DNA of 64,000 nt from a virus. The translations under genes were made by a program, and so were the position numbers. The stretch is from the IMG/VR virus record IMGVR_UViG_3300033146_005950, positions 18,181-82,180 of that record, one strand, 5' to 3'. Positions 10,143-18,800 of this stretch are shown piece after piece. The notes under the pieces were generated by a model. The model did not search any database. It was not told the DNA's origin and worked only from the letters and a program-made list of their open reading frames with translations. How positions within the stretch are numbered: the stretch's first letter is position 1; each line of letters opens with the position of its first letter.

Positions 10143-11387
10143 ATGAGAAATAAAACACTTACAAAATTTGAATTTGATACTGCAAAATATCAACAATTTT
10201 ATGGAACTTTATTTATAAATAATAGAGAAGTTCCCGCAAGTGATATTTATTCATTTACTGTTAGAGAGTGGATTTTACCTAATTTATTTTTACCCCGTTT
10301 AGAATTAGTATTGATTGACGGTGGAAGATTATCTGAATTAGAATTGCCAATACACGATACACAAATTAAATTAATGATTAGCAAACACGAAGAATCCGCT
10401 GAAGCAGAAGATTTATTATTTAATATTTTAGATTTTGAAATATTAAATGGGCAAAACCCAAACGACCAAAGAATTATAAAAATATCTGCATATTTAGATA
10501 TTCCTAACTTATTTTCAATCGAGAGCAAAAGTTATGACGGTACTTCATTAGATGTATTTAAACAAATAGCAAAAGAACTTAAATTAAAATATAATAAAGT
10601 AAATAATATTTCTGCGCAAGATAAAATGATTTATTATAAACTTAAACAAAATAATATAACTTTTTTCAAACACATTTTAGAGAAGTCTTATATTGGTAAA
10701 GACGATGTTTTATTTGCTTACATTACGACTGATAATTTATTAAATACATTATCATTGAAAGATGCATATTCTAAAAAACCTGTTTATAAATTAAGATATG
10801 ACATTGAATTAGCAACTGCAAATTCAAAAGATAATTTTAAACAATTATTAAAAGATAAAAGAATTAAAGAAGACGATAAATCAATTTATTATTCAAATTA
10901 TGGAATAATAAACAAGAGCGGCACATTTTTCAATAACGGCGGGTATTCTGTGTTGTCTTCAAATTATAATTTAGAAGATAATGAATATTTTGAAACAGAA
11001 GTAAATTCTTCAGAGAGTTTTTTCAACACTGATTTAAATAGTTTTAAAGACTTCGCGTCAAACACAAAATATATTTATAATGGTTTAAACATTAAAACTA
11101 ATGTTTATTCTGATTATGAAATAGCAGCATCGGTCAGACATAATATATTAAATTCATTTTTCGCAAACTCAATTGAAATTGAAATAGATTCTTATTCAAA
11201 CCCTAATATTGGAGATATGATTGACTTAATAATTCCATCAAAGTCTCAAACAACTGCAAAATTAAATAATGAACCTTTAAGTGGTAAATATATAATAATA
11301 AGTAAATTGAGAACGGCGAGCAAATTAAGCATCTTTAAAAAACGAATAATAGTTGCGAGACTTGGAACAAATGAAGGGATTTATTAA
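10143..11387 (+). CDS. Baseplate hub protein (gp27-like)
   Basis: Size and position before the spike gene; C-terminal IGDMIDLII...LSGKYIII motif of hub proteins. Confidence 0.65.
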   Translation: MRNKTLTKFEFDTAKYQQFYGTLFINNREVPASDIYSFTVREWILPNLFLPRLELVLIDGGRLSELELPIHDTQIKLMISKHEESAEAEDLLFNILDFEILNGQNPNDQRIIKISAYLDIPNLFSIESKSYDGTSLDVFKQIAKELKLKYNKVNNISAQDKMIYYKLKQNNITFFKHILEKSYIGKDDVLFAYITTDNLLNTLSLKDAYSKKPVYKLRYDIELATANSKDNFKQLLKDKRIKEDDKSIYYSNYGIINKSGTFFNNGGYSVLSSNYNLEDNEYFETEVNSSESFFNTDLNSFKDFASNTKYIYNGLNIKTNVYSDYEIAASVRHNILNSFFANSIEIEIDSYSNPNIGDMIDLIIPSKSQTTAKLNNEPLSGKYIIISKLRTASKLSIFKKRIIVARLGTNEGIY

Positions 11388-11389
11388 AA

Positions 11390-12226
11390 ATGGAAAATAT
11401 AAATGACATTATAACAGAAGATATATTTTTAGTATTAAAAAATATAGTAAATAATGTAGAATCAAATTTTGCGAAAAAAGTTTATATTGCGACCGTAGTT
11501 GATAATAAAGATCCTGATGGAGAAGGTAAAGTTCAAATAAAACCACACGGATTATTTGATGATATAAAAGAAAAAGATTTACCTTGGGCCGTTTACGAAA
11601 CTCAATATACAGATGTTGAAAATATTAAAATAACAATACCTAAAATTGGTTCAAAAGTTAAAGTTTATTTTGATAATGATGATTTATATAAACCAATTTA
11701 TAATTTAAACGTCCCAACATTTGCAAGCATTAATTCTAAAGTTAAAGGGGCAGGCTCAAATCCTGATATTTATGTTTTATATGAAAACGAACAAGGAGAC
11801 TATATTTCAATTGATACAGCAAACTCAGTTTTTACAATAAACCATAATAAAGGAACTGTTTTAACAATTGATACAGATGGTTTTGTTCATTTAACTCAAA
11901 CAAACCCAAATACAAAATTAACAGTTGGAACTTTAGATATTGATGATAAAGGTTTTAATGTAGTGAGATATGACTCGATTGGTTTAAAGAAAACAAATGT
12001 AAGTGCAAATAATGATGGGACTGTTGAAATTAAAAATGCAGGCACGGCAGGGCTTGGCTCAGGCGGTATTTCAGTTGCTGCAAATGGAATGTTATCTGTA
12101 AATGATGGTATGGCGACCCCAAACCCTTTAGGACCTTTTTGTGCAATTCCGGTTTGTCCTATTTCAGGTGGAGTGCATACAGGAGCAATGGCGGCCCCGG
12201 GATTATCCTCTCCCGGAGCAATTTAA
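11390..12226 (+). CDS. Baseplate central spike (gp5/gpV OB-fold)
   Basis: YIATVVDNKDPDGEGKVQI...LPWA...IPKIGSKVKVYFDNDDLYKP is the gp5 OB-fold; C-terminal CAIPVCPISGGVH could be a metal-binding tip. Confidence 0.88.
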   Translation: MENINDIITEDIFLVLKNIVNNVESNFAKKVYIATVVDNKDPDGEGKVQIKPHGLFDDIKEKDLPWAVYETQYTDVENIKITIPKIGSKVKVYFDNDDLYKPIYNLNVPTFASINSKVKGAGSNPDIYVLYENEQGDYISIDTANSVFTINHNKGTVLTIDTDGFVHLTQTNPNTKLTVGTLDIDDKGFNVVRYDSIGLKKTNVSANNDGTVEIKNAGTAGLGSGGISVAANGMLSVNDGMATPNPLGPFCAIPVCPISGGVHTGAMAAPGLSSPGAI

Positions 12227-12233
12227 AAAAAAG

Positions 12234-13133
12234 TTAAAATAAATCTTTTATTAATAATGTGTTTATTGATTTTTCAAATTCCAATTTAATTTGTGCTTCT
12301 TTTATTAAATATTCATCATTCCAAAGACTTCTTGCTTTTTGAAATATATCTAATGTTTTTTCAAAAAATAGTTCTTTATTAACTATTTTTTCCATTGCTC
12401 GTTCATCAGATATTTTGATTAACATATTATCAAATATTGGAAAATAAATACTTAAATATTTTGTAACTATAATACTAAATACTTCAACTTTTTTCAAAAC
12501 AAACTGTTTAAGTTGCTCATCATTCATTTTATAAAAACCATTTAATCTGAAAGATTGACGGTATGCTTTCATTAAATCAATTTTAAAAGCACTCCTTAAT
12601 GATTCTTTATATAATAAATATTCTTTGCTCAATAATTCAGGTTCGTCTAAATATATGAAATTTTTTTGTAATTTTATTTTATCTTTATCAGAAATAAGAT
12701 CATTATCTGCGTTTTCATCAAATGCAGCTTTGGCTAATCGTATTTCAGAAATTTTTTCTTCTTGCAAATTTCTATACAATTTAACTAAATTATTTATAAT
12801 TTGGTCCAAAATATTTTCAGCATAGTCCAATTGCATTCCTGTAATTTGATGTTTTAATGCTAATGAATCATCTTTATATTTTGTATGAATCTCAAACAAA
12901 TATATTAATATTGAAGTATTAATTGTGATCACTTTTCCTTCAGTGACATTATCAACATTACTATTTTCAGTCGGCGCTCTTCTCTCTGTATTTTTTATTC
13001 CTTTATTTGCTTTTTCAACAATCATAAGTAAAGGATTTATACTTAAAACCGCAACTATTAATAATATTAAAAATAATGCGATTAATCCATAAACAGGGCC
13101 AAAAGCTGATACAACTTGTGCTATTCCATCCAT
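12234..13133 (-). CDS. Membrane-anchored hypothetical protein (holin-like candidate)
   Basis: N-terminal hydrophobic helix LIALFLILLIVAVLSI followed by a soluble helical domain. Confidence 0.6.
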   Translation of the reverse strand: MDGIAQVVSAFGPVYGLIALFLILLIVAVLSINPLLMIVEKANKGIKNTERRAPTENSNVDNVTEGKVITINTSILIYLFEIHTKYKDDSLALKHQITGMQLDYAENILDQIINNLVKLYRNLQEEKISEIRLAKAAFDENADNDLISDKDKIKLQKNFIYLDEPELLSKEYLLYKESLRSAFKIDLMKAYRQSFRLNGFYKMNDEQLKQFVLKKVEVFSIIVTKYLSIYFPIFDNMLIKISDERAMEKIVNKELFFEKTLDIFQKARSLWNDEYLIKEAQIKLEFEKSINTLLIKDLF

Positions 13134-13139
13134 TTTTTA

Positions 13140-13865
13140 CTATTCCCAATCGTCCTTAAGATTCATTGTATATTTTATAACACTTAACGGGTTTTTCTTA
13201 AAATCATTTTCCATTTTTTCAATAAATTCTATTGCTTTATTATAAATTAATTTTGTTTGTCCTGCTATTTGTAATGAAATAATATAGTCAGGATTTAGTT
13301 CGGGATTTTTAGGCAAACGACTTTTTATAAATTCTTTGCGCTCTTTGTATGTTATTTTAAATGAAAAATTAAATCTCGGCCAAAGCAATCTTATTTTTTG
13401 ATTTATTACTTTAGTAAATTCGTTTAATATTAATTCCGTATAATCTTCTACAGAATAATCAACGTATTCATAATTTTTTAAGCTTACAATTACAACTTCT
13501 TTAACACTTTCTTTAATAGCTCTATCTAACATTAGCTCATATAATTGAATATTTATTTGCATAATTTCAGGTGCTGCTTCGCATTTATGATTTTCAGAAA
13601 TGCAAAAAGTGTTTTTATCTAATTTATAAATTTCATTTAATTGTTCAATAAAAGAAGATAAATAAGTTCTTTTAATTGATTTAATGCAATTTTTTACAAC
13701 TTTAACTTGAGCTTCAAAAACTGAAACAAAAATATTATTTTTAATTACAATAAATAAAAGTCTTAAAATTACTTCTGAAACTCTAATGCTGCCATATACA
13801 AGCAAGAATGTAATTGAAACCATCGCCCATATTAAAACATCTGTATTATTGATTTGTTCAAACAT
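13140..13865 (-). CDS. Membrane-anchored hypothetical protein, possible paralog of 12234..13133
   Basis: N-terminal hydrophobic segment; weakly similar helical region (LYELMLDRAIKE vs LYKESLRSAFKI). Confidence 0.6.
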   Translation of the reverse strand: MFEQINNTDVLIWAMVSITFLLVYGSIRVSEVILRLLFIVIKNNIFVSVFEAQVKVVKNCIKSIKRTYLSSFIEQLNEIYKLDKNTFCISENHKCEAAPEIMQINIQLYELMLDRAIKESVKEVVIVSLKNYEYVDYSVEDYTELILNEFTKVINQKIRLLWPRFNFSFKITYKERKEFIKSRLPKNPELNPDYIISLQIAGQTKLIYNKAIEFIEKMENDFKKNPLSVIKYTMNLKDDWE

Positions 13866-13867
13866 TT

Positions 13868-14131
13868 TTAATAATACACCTTTTTAACATAAAGCGAATC
13901 TTCAGTTGACAATTTATCAATATTAATCGCACCAAATTTAAAATATGAAAATAGTTTATCACAACCGTCTACAAACTCAACAATAAAACCTTCTTCAGTT
14001 GAAGCAATTACAGAGTGAACTGGAAATTCATCTCCAACATTTCTCCATTTAATTGTGTCATTTGAGACTCGCCCAAATGAAATAGAACCATGCCACCCCG
14101 GTTTAATTGAATACGAATCTAAGATTTCCAT
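13868..14131 (-). CDS. Hypothetical protein
   Basis: 87-aa ORF tightly packed in the operon. Confidence 0.7.
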   Translation of the reverse strand: MEILDSYSIKPGWHGSISFGRVSNDTIKWRNVGDEFPVHSVIASTEEGFIVEFVDGCDKLFSYFKFGAINIDKLSTEDSLYVKKVYY

Positions 14132-14134
14132 TTT

Positions 14135-14539
14135 TTATTCTTCTACGTTTTCCCACTCAGTGCTATCCCAAGTAATATCGAACACTTGGTCAACAGATGT
14201 GCATTTATTGATTAAATCACCTTTTTTGATATTTTTATAATACATATTAAACCCCCAATTTCTAACATCAGTTATCATTGTTGCCATTTCTTCAATCGTG
14301 CATTCAATTATTTCTTTTGTAATTGAATCTCTAACGAACGGCTGAATATCTGTATTATCTACAAAATAACCAAGAAAGCCTTGAAGACCTGAAAGAACTT
14401 GAAGCCCTCCAGCAATATAAATATTTTTACTTCCTAAAGTAAAATAATCGCCTTTCATTATTAAATTATTAAAAATATCGTCAAGCTCAGCTTTTCGTTG
14501 TGCTTTTACAGATGCTAAATTTTCTTCTTTTGTAACCAT
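14135..14539 (-). CDS. Putative tail-fibre assembly/chaperone protein (DUF4376-like)
   Basis: ENLASVKAQRKAEL...INKCTSVDQVFDITW pattern; lies downstream of fibre genes. Confidence 0.6.
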   Translation of the reverse strand: MVTKEENLASVKAQRKAELDDIFNNLIMKGDYFTLGSKNIYIAGGLQVLSGLQGFLGYFVDNTDIQPFVRDSITKEIIECTIEEMATMITDVRNWGFNMYYKNIKKGDLINKCTSVDQVFDITWDSTEWENVEE

Positions 14540-14557
14540 ATTATTTTTATTACTCTC

Positions 14558-15133
14558 CTAAGAAATTATAATGATTCTTCTGTTTATAGAACTGTATATA
14601 TTTATTTTTATATTTTTGAATGTATCATAACAGTTCCATTGACTTGACGGATAAACAAAACCAATATTGCCTGTTGTGTAAGTAGAATCTGATGCAAGAA
14701 CAGTATAAGCAGAACCATTAAATGAAACACTAAAATCATCACCCACTCTTTTTATTTTAATTTTAAATGAAGTTGAGTTTCCGACAAATACAGCAGTACT
14801 TCCAAGTTTTGTCCCACTGTCACCTTTACCACTTGTGTTATTTTTATAAAGAGTGAATTTTGAATTTGAGCCGTCAATTGTCCATAACAATACATAGTTT
14901 TGGTCTATATTTAATGTGTTTAAACAAAATGATAAACCACCTTTATCATCAGTTCCCCAAGCTTCAGTTTCAACATCAACTTCAAAATCAAAATCACCAA
15001 TTGAATTATTAAACTCATTTTTTGTTAAAAAACTACCACCATCTAATACTGACATACTGTCTGGAGATATTCCGTTTATTTCATCGCCGCTCCAAGTTCT
15101 GTCACCATATTCTGTCCATCCTGATACTGACAT
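14558..15133 (-). CDS. Concanavalin-A/laminin-G-like beta-sandwich virion protein
   Basis: DFDFEVDV...FKIKIKRVGDDFSVSFNG...DSTYTTGNIGF...FKNIKI lectin-fold pattern. Confidence 0.65.
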   Translation of the reverse strand: MSVSGWTEYGDRTWSGDEINGISPDSMSVLDGGSFLTKNEFNNSIGDFDFEVDVETEAWGTDDKGGLSFCLNTLNIDQNYVLLWTIDGSNSKFTLYKNNTSGKGDSGTKLGSTAVFVGNSTSFKIKIKRVGDDFSVSFNGSAYTVLASDSTYTTGNIGFVYPSSQWNCYDTFKNIKINIYSSINRRIIIIS

Positions 15134-15136
15134 AAT

Positions 15137-18100
15137 TTAATTAATCTCGTATTCAATTGTAATATGAATATATGAAACAGTACCAGAGACAGCCGTAACT
15201 TCTAACCAAACATATTCATTTTGATTTATTGCAATTCCACTTTTTGTTACTTCAGCCCCGTTTAAACCTGATGAAACTAATTGCCCATTTACAATTGTGT
15301 TTATTGCAGTCCCGACTGAAGTTCCAGATTTAATATTAAAAGTAACTGAAGAACCGTCTTTAACAACGGCTTGAACTGTATTTACTTTTAACGCTTTTGT
15401 TGTGAACCAAATGGGTATTAAATCTGTATCAACTGGAGCAGGTAAATAAATTGCTTTACTTAATAAATTTTTAGATTTTTCTAATTTATTATTTAATTCT
15501 GTATTTAAATCTGTTTGGTTCGTTATTATTCCGGTTATCCCACCCCAAGCAATGTTAGAAGATGCCCCGGGTGAAAGTACTTTTTTAATTGTAATTGTGT
15601 TTGCTCCTGAAAGCGCTTGTATTTGAGCTGTACCACGGGTGCGCATTAAATGAACTTCAATAACATCATTTACTTGTAAATTTTTAATAATTGATGAAGA
15701 AGCGGAAGACCCAAAATTTGCCTGTCTCATATATAATTCGCCATAAGTACCCGAAACATCATTTGAATTTATTACTAATTTAGATGCAGCTTCAGATCTT
15801 ACATTTCCACTGTTTCCTTTTATTGACACATTATAAGTAATTTCATATTGCCCCGCTTCTTGAATTTCAATCGTTCCCGCTGAAATTACTGAATACGCAG
15901 AACAAGTTGCAGATACGGTATTAAATGGAACTTTTTGCCAAGTCCCGTCTAATGCTAAATCAGTATTATTATATAAACTTAAAACTTTAGGGTCTTCTTT
16001 AGAATCATCAACATATTTTTTAGTCGCGGGTTCATAATCAGATGCCGGAGTAAACGAAGCTGTATTATCTAATTCTAATACATTATTTTTATTTGCCTTT
16101 AAATTTAATGCAGTTTGTGTATCATTTGAAATTGGTTTATTTAAATCTGAAGTATTATCAACATTGCCCAAACCAACATCAGATTTATTAACATTATGAG
16201 GATTATTTGTGTTTGAAATATGACTTTGAATATTTGTGTTTTTAGGTTCATAATCAGAATCGTGATTATGATTTCCTTCTGCAACTTCTCCACTATTATT
16301 TCCAAAATTTTTATTGAAAGCGGTGTTTTCTGTGAAGTCATCTTTCTTTCCAGCTAATTCATTTTGTAAATCTGTTTGATTAGTAATATCCCCGATTATA
16401 TCACCCCAAGTAATATTCTCAGCTGTGCCGCCTGAAATTGAAGGAATTAATATTTTTTTAATTGTAATTGAAGTTCCGTTCCCAGATGCTTTTACTGTAT
16501 TACTTCCATCTACCACTTTTGCTCTTATTCTTAACATATCACTGTCATCTAAGTCAAAAATATAGCTGTATGATGCAACTGCTCCATATTGAGTTTTCTT
16601 TATAAATAAAGTATTTTCAGTACCCGGGATATTAGTGTAATTTTTTTGTAGCATTATTTTTACAGAAGTATCAACAGTCCCCGCTGAGGCAACTAAATCA
16701 ATATGAAAATTTACTTCATATTGTCCTGCATTATCTAAAGTTATTTCACCGTTGCTATTTGTGTAACCACCACCTGTAATATCAATAACATTAAATGGTA
16801 CTGTTTGATAGTTCATAGATGAAATTGTAAAATCATTAGTGTTCCTTGCTGCAAAAACATCCGGGTCTTTTAATTTATCGTCAACATATTTTTTAGTTGC
16901 AGGTTCATAATCAGCCGCCGGAACAAACGAAGTTGTGTTATTTAATTCTAATACATTATTTTTATCTGCTTTATTATTTAAAAGATTTGCGACTGCGTTG
17001 CTAACAGGTTTATTTAAATCTGAAGTATTATCAACATTGCCCAAACCAACGTCAGATTTATTAACATTATGAGGATTATTTGTGTTTGAAATATGACTTT
17101 GAATATTTGAATTAGCAGGTTCGTAAACTCCATTATGATTATGATTTCCTTCTGCAACTGTTGAAGCAGCCGTACCAAAGTCTTTATTAAAAGCACTGTT
17201 TTCGGCAAAGTCATCTTTCTTTCCATCTAATTCATTTTGTAAATCGGTCTGATTAGAAATGTTTCCAACAATTGTACCCCAAGTTGTATTACCATTGCTT
17301 TCAATAACACCTGCTGCAACGATCTTTTTAAGATTTAACGAAACACCTTTTACAGTCGTATTAATTGAAGAAGTACCAACCGTTCTACTTGCGATTACCT
17401 TTAATACATCATTTTCGTTTAAATTTAATATTGCGGTTGCAGTACCGTGTGTACCATAATTTTTTAGTCTACAATATATTGTTGATTGAGTTCCATTCAC
17501 ATCTGAGCCATTTAATTGTAATTTAGTTACGACAGTGCTTCTTGAACTTCCACTGGCTACTTCAAAATCAGCGTGATAAATTATTTCATATTGTCCATCT
17601 TTTAATATTGTAACTTCACCATTATTATTATGAGAATAAGAATCATCTATTATATCAACCGTGTTTAACGGGATTGTTTGAAAACTACTTGAGATAGAAA
17701 ATGCATTATTGTTATGCGCAAAATATACAGACGGCTCATCAACAGAATCATCAACATATTTTTTAGTCGCAGGTTCATAATCAGCATCTGGAGTAAATGA
17801 AGTTGTATTATCTAATTCTAATACATTTGTTTTGTCTGCTTTTAAATTTAACGCAGTTTGTGTATCATTTGAAATTGGTTTATCTAAGTCTGAAGTATTA
17901 TTTACTGCTCCTAAACCTATTTGGCTTTTTGTCACTACGTGCGGGTTTGTTTGATTGCTAATATGACTTTGAATATTTGAATTGACAGGTTCATAAACAG
18001 TATCGTGATTATGGTTCCCCATTGAAACAGTGTTAGAAGTAGTTCCAAAGTCTTTGTTGAAGGCTGTTTTTTCTGTGAAGTCATCTTTCTTTCCATCTAA

Positions 18101-18475
18101 TTCATTTTGTAAATCTGTCTGATTGGTAATGTTGCCTGATATATTGCCCCAAGCAACTTCTTCGCTCAAATCAATTTCACCATCACCATCTTCATCATAA
18201 ACCGAACCGCCAACATTTGATTTATGATAAAAATTAAATGTGTTTTGTATTATTGCAATATAAACATCTGCACTTGTAGATGTTGGGTTATATGTGTTTA
18301 GTTCATTAGTAATTAAAGAAACATCTTTATTACCACTAAAATTTATTAAAATGTCATCTGCAAATTTTCTTGTGTATAATAATCTATTTATATTTGTAGT
18401 TGAACCCGAAGTATAAAATACTCCATCTAAATAAAGGTTTGAACCTGAAATATAAATTTGATCTACTCTTTCCAT
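15137..18475 (-). CDS. Modular tail-fibre-like protein (three repeated stalk plus C1q/BclA-like head modules)
   Basis: WGxIxGxIxNQTDLQNEL occurs four times; NHNH...SHISN..NPH.V.KS.VGL..V.NTSD and DYEPATKKYVDD three times each, each set followed by a divergent beta-sandwich. Confidence 0.8.
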   Translation of the reverse strand: MERVDQIYISGSNLYLDGVFYTSGSTTNINRLLYTRKFADDILINFSGNKDVSLITNELNTYNPTSTSADVYIAIIQNTFNFYHKSNVGGSVYDEDGDGEIDLSEEVAWGNISGNITNQTDLQNELDGKKDDFTEKTAFNKDFGTTSNTVSMGNHNHDTVYEPVNSNIQSHISNQTNPHVVTKSQIGLGAVNNTSDLDKPISNDTQTALNLKADKTNVLELDNTTSFTPDADYEPATKKYVDDSVDEPSVYFAHNNNAFSISSSFQTIPLNTVDIIDDSYSHNNNGEVTILKDGQYEIIYHADFEVASGSSRSTVVTKLQLNGSDVNGTQSTIYCRLKNYGTHGTATAILNLNENDVLKVIASRTVGTSSINTTVKGVSLNLKKIVAAGVIESNGNTTWGTIVGNISNQTDLQNELDGKKDDFAENSAFNKDFGTAASTVAEGNHNHNGVYEPANSNIQSHISNTNNPHNVNKSDVGLGNVDNTSDLNKPVSNAVANLLNNKADKNNVLELNNTTSFVPAADYEPATKKYVDDKLKDPDVFAARNTNDFTISSMNYQTVPFNVIDITGGGYTNSNGEITLDNAGQYEVNFHIDLVASAGTVDTSVKIMLQKNYTNIPGTENTLFIKKTQYGAVASYSYIFDLDDSDMLRIRAKVVDGSNTVKASGNGTSITIKKILIPSISGGTAENITWGDIIGDITNQTDLQNELAGKKDDFTENTAFNKNFGNNSGEVAEGNHNHDSDYEPKNTNIQSHISNTNNPHNVNKSDVGLGNVDNTSDLNKPISNDTQTALNLKANKNNVLELDNTASFTPASDYEPATKKYVDDSKEDPKVLSLYNNTDLALDGTWQKVPFNTVSATCSAYSVISAGTIEIQEAGQYEITYNVSIKGNSGNVRSEAASKLVINSNDVSGTYGELYMRQANFGSSASSSIIKNLQVNDVIEVHLMRTRGTAQIQALSGANTITIKKVLSPGASSNIAWGGITGIITNQTDLNTELNNKLEKSKNLLSKAIYLPAPVDTDLIPIWFTTKALKVNTVQAVVKDGSSVTFNIKSGTSVGTAINTIVNGQLVSSGLNGAEVTKSGIAINQNEYVWLEVTAVSGTVSYIHITIEYEIN

Positions 18476-18522
18476 TCATAGCCTTTGAAAAAATTAAAAT
18501 TTACTAATTATATTTATTATTA

Positions 18523-18554
18523 AAAATGGGGGAATTTTAATTCCCCCCCATTTT
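18523..18554 (-). terminator. Intrinsic terminator
   Basis: AAAATGGGGGAATT-TT-AATTCCCCCCCATTTT hairpin flanked by A/T tracts. Confidence 0.8.
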
Positions 18555-18697
18555 ATTTTAAAAATTAGTGAACTAATGCAACTCTAAAGAGTTGCATCTT
18601 CCTGTTTCATAGTCTAATTCTTACAGCTGGATTCAATGAATCCAGCGCAGAGGAATTAAACTCCGCAGGCTTAAAATCCCTGAGTCCCTCAGGTACT
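18552..18697 (-). ncRNA. TnpB omega-RNA (reRNA)-like scaffold plus ~16-nt 3' guide
   Basis: Minus strand AGTACCTGAGGGACTCAGGGATTTTAAGCCTGCGGAG...ATGAAACAGGAAG-hairpin-TAGTTCAC matches the typical tnpB 3'-end scaffold, including potential GCCTG/CAGG pairing. Boundaries are approximate. Confidence 0.7.
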
Positions 18698-18771
18698 ATT
18701 AATATTTATTATTTGTAATAATTGTTAGTTCACAATATTATGTCATTTAGAAGCCTTAAAAGGCTTAGTTT
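18568..18771 (-). mobile_element. Non-autonomous IS200/IS605-family element (no tnpA/tnpB) carrying an omega-RNA-like right end
   Basis: Minus strand: TTTAT|AAACT-AAGCCTT-TT-AAGGCTT left-end hairpin, and GAAG-ATGCAACTCT-TT-AGAGTTGCAT-TAGTTCAC right-end hairpin with a TCAC terminus. Confidence 0.8.
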
Positions 18772-18800
18772 ATAAAAAGATTTTAATTAATTAAATTTCA

